The translations under genes and the position numbers were made by a program. This document shows positions 49,287 to 52,247 of a DNA stretch of 52,247 nucleotides, one piece after another; within the stretch, counting starts at the first letter, position 1; every line of letters starts with the position of its first letter. This DNA is from Octopus bimaculoides. Its lineage: Eukaryota. The stretch covers positions 32,110,044-32,162,290 of the forward strand of contig NC_068989.1 in NCBI RefSeq assembly GCF_001194135.2, read 5' to 3'. A model generated the notes under the pieces. It was given only the letters and a program-made list of their open reading frames with translations, was not told where the DNA came from and ran no database searches.

Positions 49287-49695
49287 CTCTCTTTTACTTT
49301 TTTACTTGTTTCAGTCTTTTGACTGTGGCCATGCTGGAGCACCGCCTTTAGTCGAGCAAATCGACCCCAGGACTTATTCTTTAGAAGCCCAGTACTTATT
49401 CTATCGGTTCTTTTGCCGAACCGCTAAGTTACGGGGATGTAAACACACCAGCATCGGTTGTCAAGCGATGTTGGAGGGACAAACACAGACACACAAACAC
49501 ATACACACATACATATATATACACATATATACGACGGGCTTCTTTCAGTTTCCGTCTACCAAATCCACTCACAAGGCTTTGGTCGGCCCGAGGCTATAGT
49601 AGAAGACACTTACCCAAGGTGCCATGCAGTGGGACTGAACCCGGGACCATGTGGTTGGTAAGCAAGCTACTTACCACACAGTCACTCCTACGCCT
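49287..49695 (-). mobile_element. Young bipartite SINE, full length
   Basis: The reverse complement shows head aggcgtaggagtgactgtgtggtaag, internal microsatellite and 3' module; very similar to 50287-50684. Confidence 0.9.
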
Positions 49696-49897
49696 AATTA
49701 GAAAATGGAGGATAATATGCTGAACCCAACGACTTGCAGACAGTGTATCCTGTTGAATTCATTAATTTAATTCATAGCTAAAGTGACAAAAAAACCCACA
49801 AAGTACAGGTGTTTATGACAAACCATGTTATTTTGACAACCTGGTTTACAGATAAAAGTACAAAGTACATAAGGAATTAGAGAATGAACAAAAGTTT

Positions 49898-50026
49898 AAT
49901 CTTACAGCTGTTTCGGCCTAGCTTTGGCATGACTCATTCTATCTGAATAGTTCCTGCCGGAGTAATTATCGGATGAAATGTTGAAATGGCGGTACATGCA
50001 TGATTCGCTAGGCCTCTTCAGAGATT
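49898..50026 (-). ncRNA. Type I hammerhead ribozyme with an intact core and 84-nt loop II
   Basis: Minus strand: AATCT-CTGAAGA-GGCCTAGC-(84 nt)-GCTAGGCC-GAAA-CAGCTG-TA|AGATT. Stem I 5 bp, stem II 8 bp, palindromic stem III, GUA cleavage triplet. Confidence 0.8.
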
Positions 50027-50286
50027 CACATAGAATTTCATACAAATATAGAGTAAGAGGTAAAAACAAAGGTGAAATAGAAACAAGAACAAAAACAAAA
50101 GCAAAAATAAAATAAAAATAAAAATAAGGGTACAGCAAGAAAAAAATAATAATAAAAAATGAATAAATGAAGAATGAAAATATAACATATAAGAAATATA
50201 AAAATATATAAAAACATAAAAATATAAGGCACATAAGAAGCCTACAAACAGTACAAATAGCTATAGACACTCCAATACATATATAT

Positions 50287-50684
50287 TACTCTTTTACTCG
50301 TTTACTCTTTTACTTGTTTCAGTCATTTGACTGTGGCCATGCTGGAGCACCACCTTTTAGTCGAGCAAATCGACCCAGGACTTATTCTTTGGAAGCCCAG
50401 TACTTATTCTATCGGTGTCTTTTGCCGAACCGCTAAGTTACGGGGACATAAACACACCAGCATCGGTTGTCAAGCGATGTTGTGGGGACAAGCACACACA
50501 TACATATATATACATATATACGACGGGCTTCTTTCAGTTTCCATCTACCAAATCCACTCACAAGGCTTTGGTCGGCCCGAGGCTATAGTAGAAGACACTT
50601 GCCCAAGATGCCACGCAGTGGGACTGAACCCGGGACCATGTGGTTGGTAATCAAGCTACTTACCACACAGCCACTCCTACGCCT
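50287..50684 (-). mobile_element. Young bipartite SINE, full length
   Basis: As 49287-49695. Confidence 0.9.
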
Positions 50685-51069
50685 ATATATGTGAGTCCAT
50701 GTGCATAACCATACTCAGATATCCCCTCAATCACATGTATACATATATAAGTATGTATACACAGGCATTCTACTACGTACGCGGTTCCCGTATTTAGAAA
50801 GTTGTATGTGTTTTTTAAAAGAAATTTTGCTGAGTGTATGCATGTCATTTCTATATATTTTGGATGGGTTTATGTGGAGGTTCGTTTTACACGAGTTATT
50901 AATGTTCTAGTAGCAACAACAGTGATAATGATGATGATGATGATAACAACAACAACAATAATAATATGCCAAACTTTCTAACTTTGCGGTGTAGGATATC
51001 CTGTTGCTTCTTCCAACGGTTAAAACGTTCTGCTGCTATTGGGGGAAGGTTAATTTCTACAGTTAATTC

Positions 51070-52232
51070 CACCGGAGGCTGCACCAGGCTCAGTCTGATC
51101 TGGCAAAGTTTCTACAGCAGGATGCCCTTCCTAATGCCAACCATTCTGAGGGTGTAGTGGGTGCTTTTATGTGCTAGCGGCACAAGTGCCAGCCAGGTGG
51201 TTCTGGCAACGACCATTCTCAAAAGGTTTCTTTACGTGCTACCTGCATGGGAGACAGTCCGGCGGCACTGAAATCGACCATGCATTATTGTTGTTTTTCA
51301 TGTGGCGGTAATACGATGCTGGCAACGATCATGCTCAAATGGTGCTTTCCACATGTCACCAGCACAGGAGCCAATCTGTGGCCCTGGCAATGATCACATT
51401 CGGATGTGCTTCTAACTTTCACTGGCACAAGTACCAATCAGGCGGTACTGTCATTGGCCACGTCACCGATTTTGATTTTCATTTCACTTGCCTCAATAGG
51501 TCTTCACAAGCAAGGTTTATTGTCCAATGAATGAGGGGTATTCATAAGTGGGCTAGTTACACCCACTGGCATAGGCCATGGGCTATAGTCTCACTTGGCT
51601 TATCGGGTTTCCTCAAGCACAGCATATCTCCAAAGGTCTCAGTCACTACTCATTGCCTCAGTAAGGCCCAATGTTCGAAGGTCGTGCTTCACCACCTCAT
51701 CCCAGTTTTTCCTGGGTCTACCTCTTCCACAGGTTCCCTCAACTGCTAGGGTGTGACACGTTTTCACACAGCTGTCCTCATTCATTCACAACACATCACC
51801 GTACCAGCGCAGTTGTCTCTCTTGTACACCACATCTGATGCTTCTTAAATCCAACTTTTCTCTCAGGGTGCTTATATTCTGTCGTGTATGCACACTGACA
51901 TTGCACATCCAGCAGAGCATACTGGTTTCATTCCTTGCAAGCTTATGCATGTCCTCAGCAGTCACAGCCCATGTTTCACTGCCATGTAGCATAGCTGTTC
52001 GTACACATGCGCCATACAATCTACCTTTTACTCTGAGCGAGAGTACCTTTGTCACCAGCAGAGGTAGGAGCTCTCTGAACTTTACCCAGGCTATTCTTAT
52101 TCTAGCAGCTACACTTTCAGAGCATCCACTCCTACTACTGATTTGATCCCCTAGGTAACAGAAGCTATCAACTACTTCTAGTTTTTCTCCCTGGAATGTG
52201 ACAGAAGCTGTTCTCTGCACATTTTCAATGTA
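51070..52232 (-). mobile_element. RTE-clade LINE 3' end (ORF C-terminus + 3' UTR)
   Basis: ORF 51786-52220: VDSFCYLGD..ARIRIAWVKFRELLP..GSETW, matching 40840-41220; continues into the UTR shared with 10139-10388 and 7964-8120. Confidence 0.92.
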
Positions 52233-52247
52233 GTGAGTGTAATAACA

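Overview
AT-rich, microsatellite-dense eukaryotic genomic DNA with about 8 N-gaps. The repeat families look like coleoid cephalopod (Octopus-like) DNA; this is an inference. The only host gene is a + strand Ral-family small GTPase. Its shared coding exons are 2360-2467, 9589-9797 and 23224-23398. They are followed by TWO alternative phase-0 terminal exons (27342-27482 ending CTIL-stop; 29828-29941 ending CIIL-stop), predicting 210-aa and 201-aa isoforms with different C-terminal helix and hypervariable tails, a KRAS4A/4B-like design. The rest is transposon debris: tRNA-headed SINEs, RTE, CR1/Jockey-like, Hero-like and R4/Dong-like LINE fragments, two kinds of Penelope-like GIY-YIG fragments, a full-length mariner relic with TIRs, a Helitron Rep relic and MITE/foldback elements. 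Several hammerhead-ribozyme motifs are present, including one with a complete catalytic core and an 84-nt loop II (49898-50026, - strand). No rRNA, true tRNA gene or CRISPR array is supported. All alignments were done by eye, so TE boundaries are approximate.
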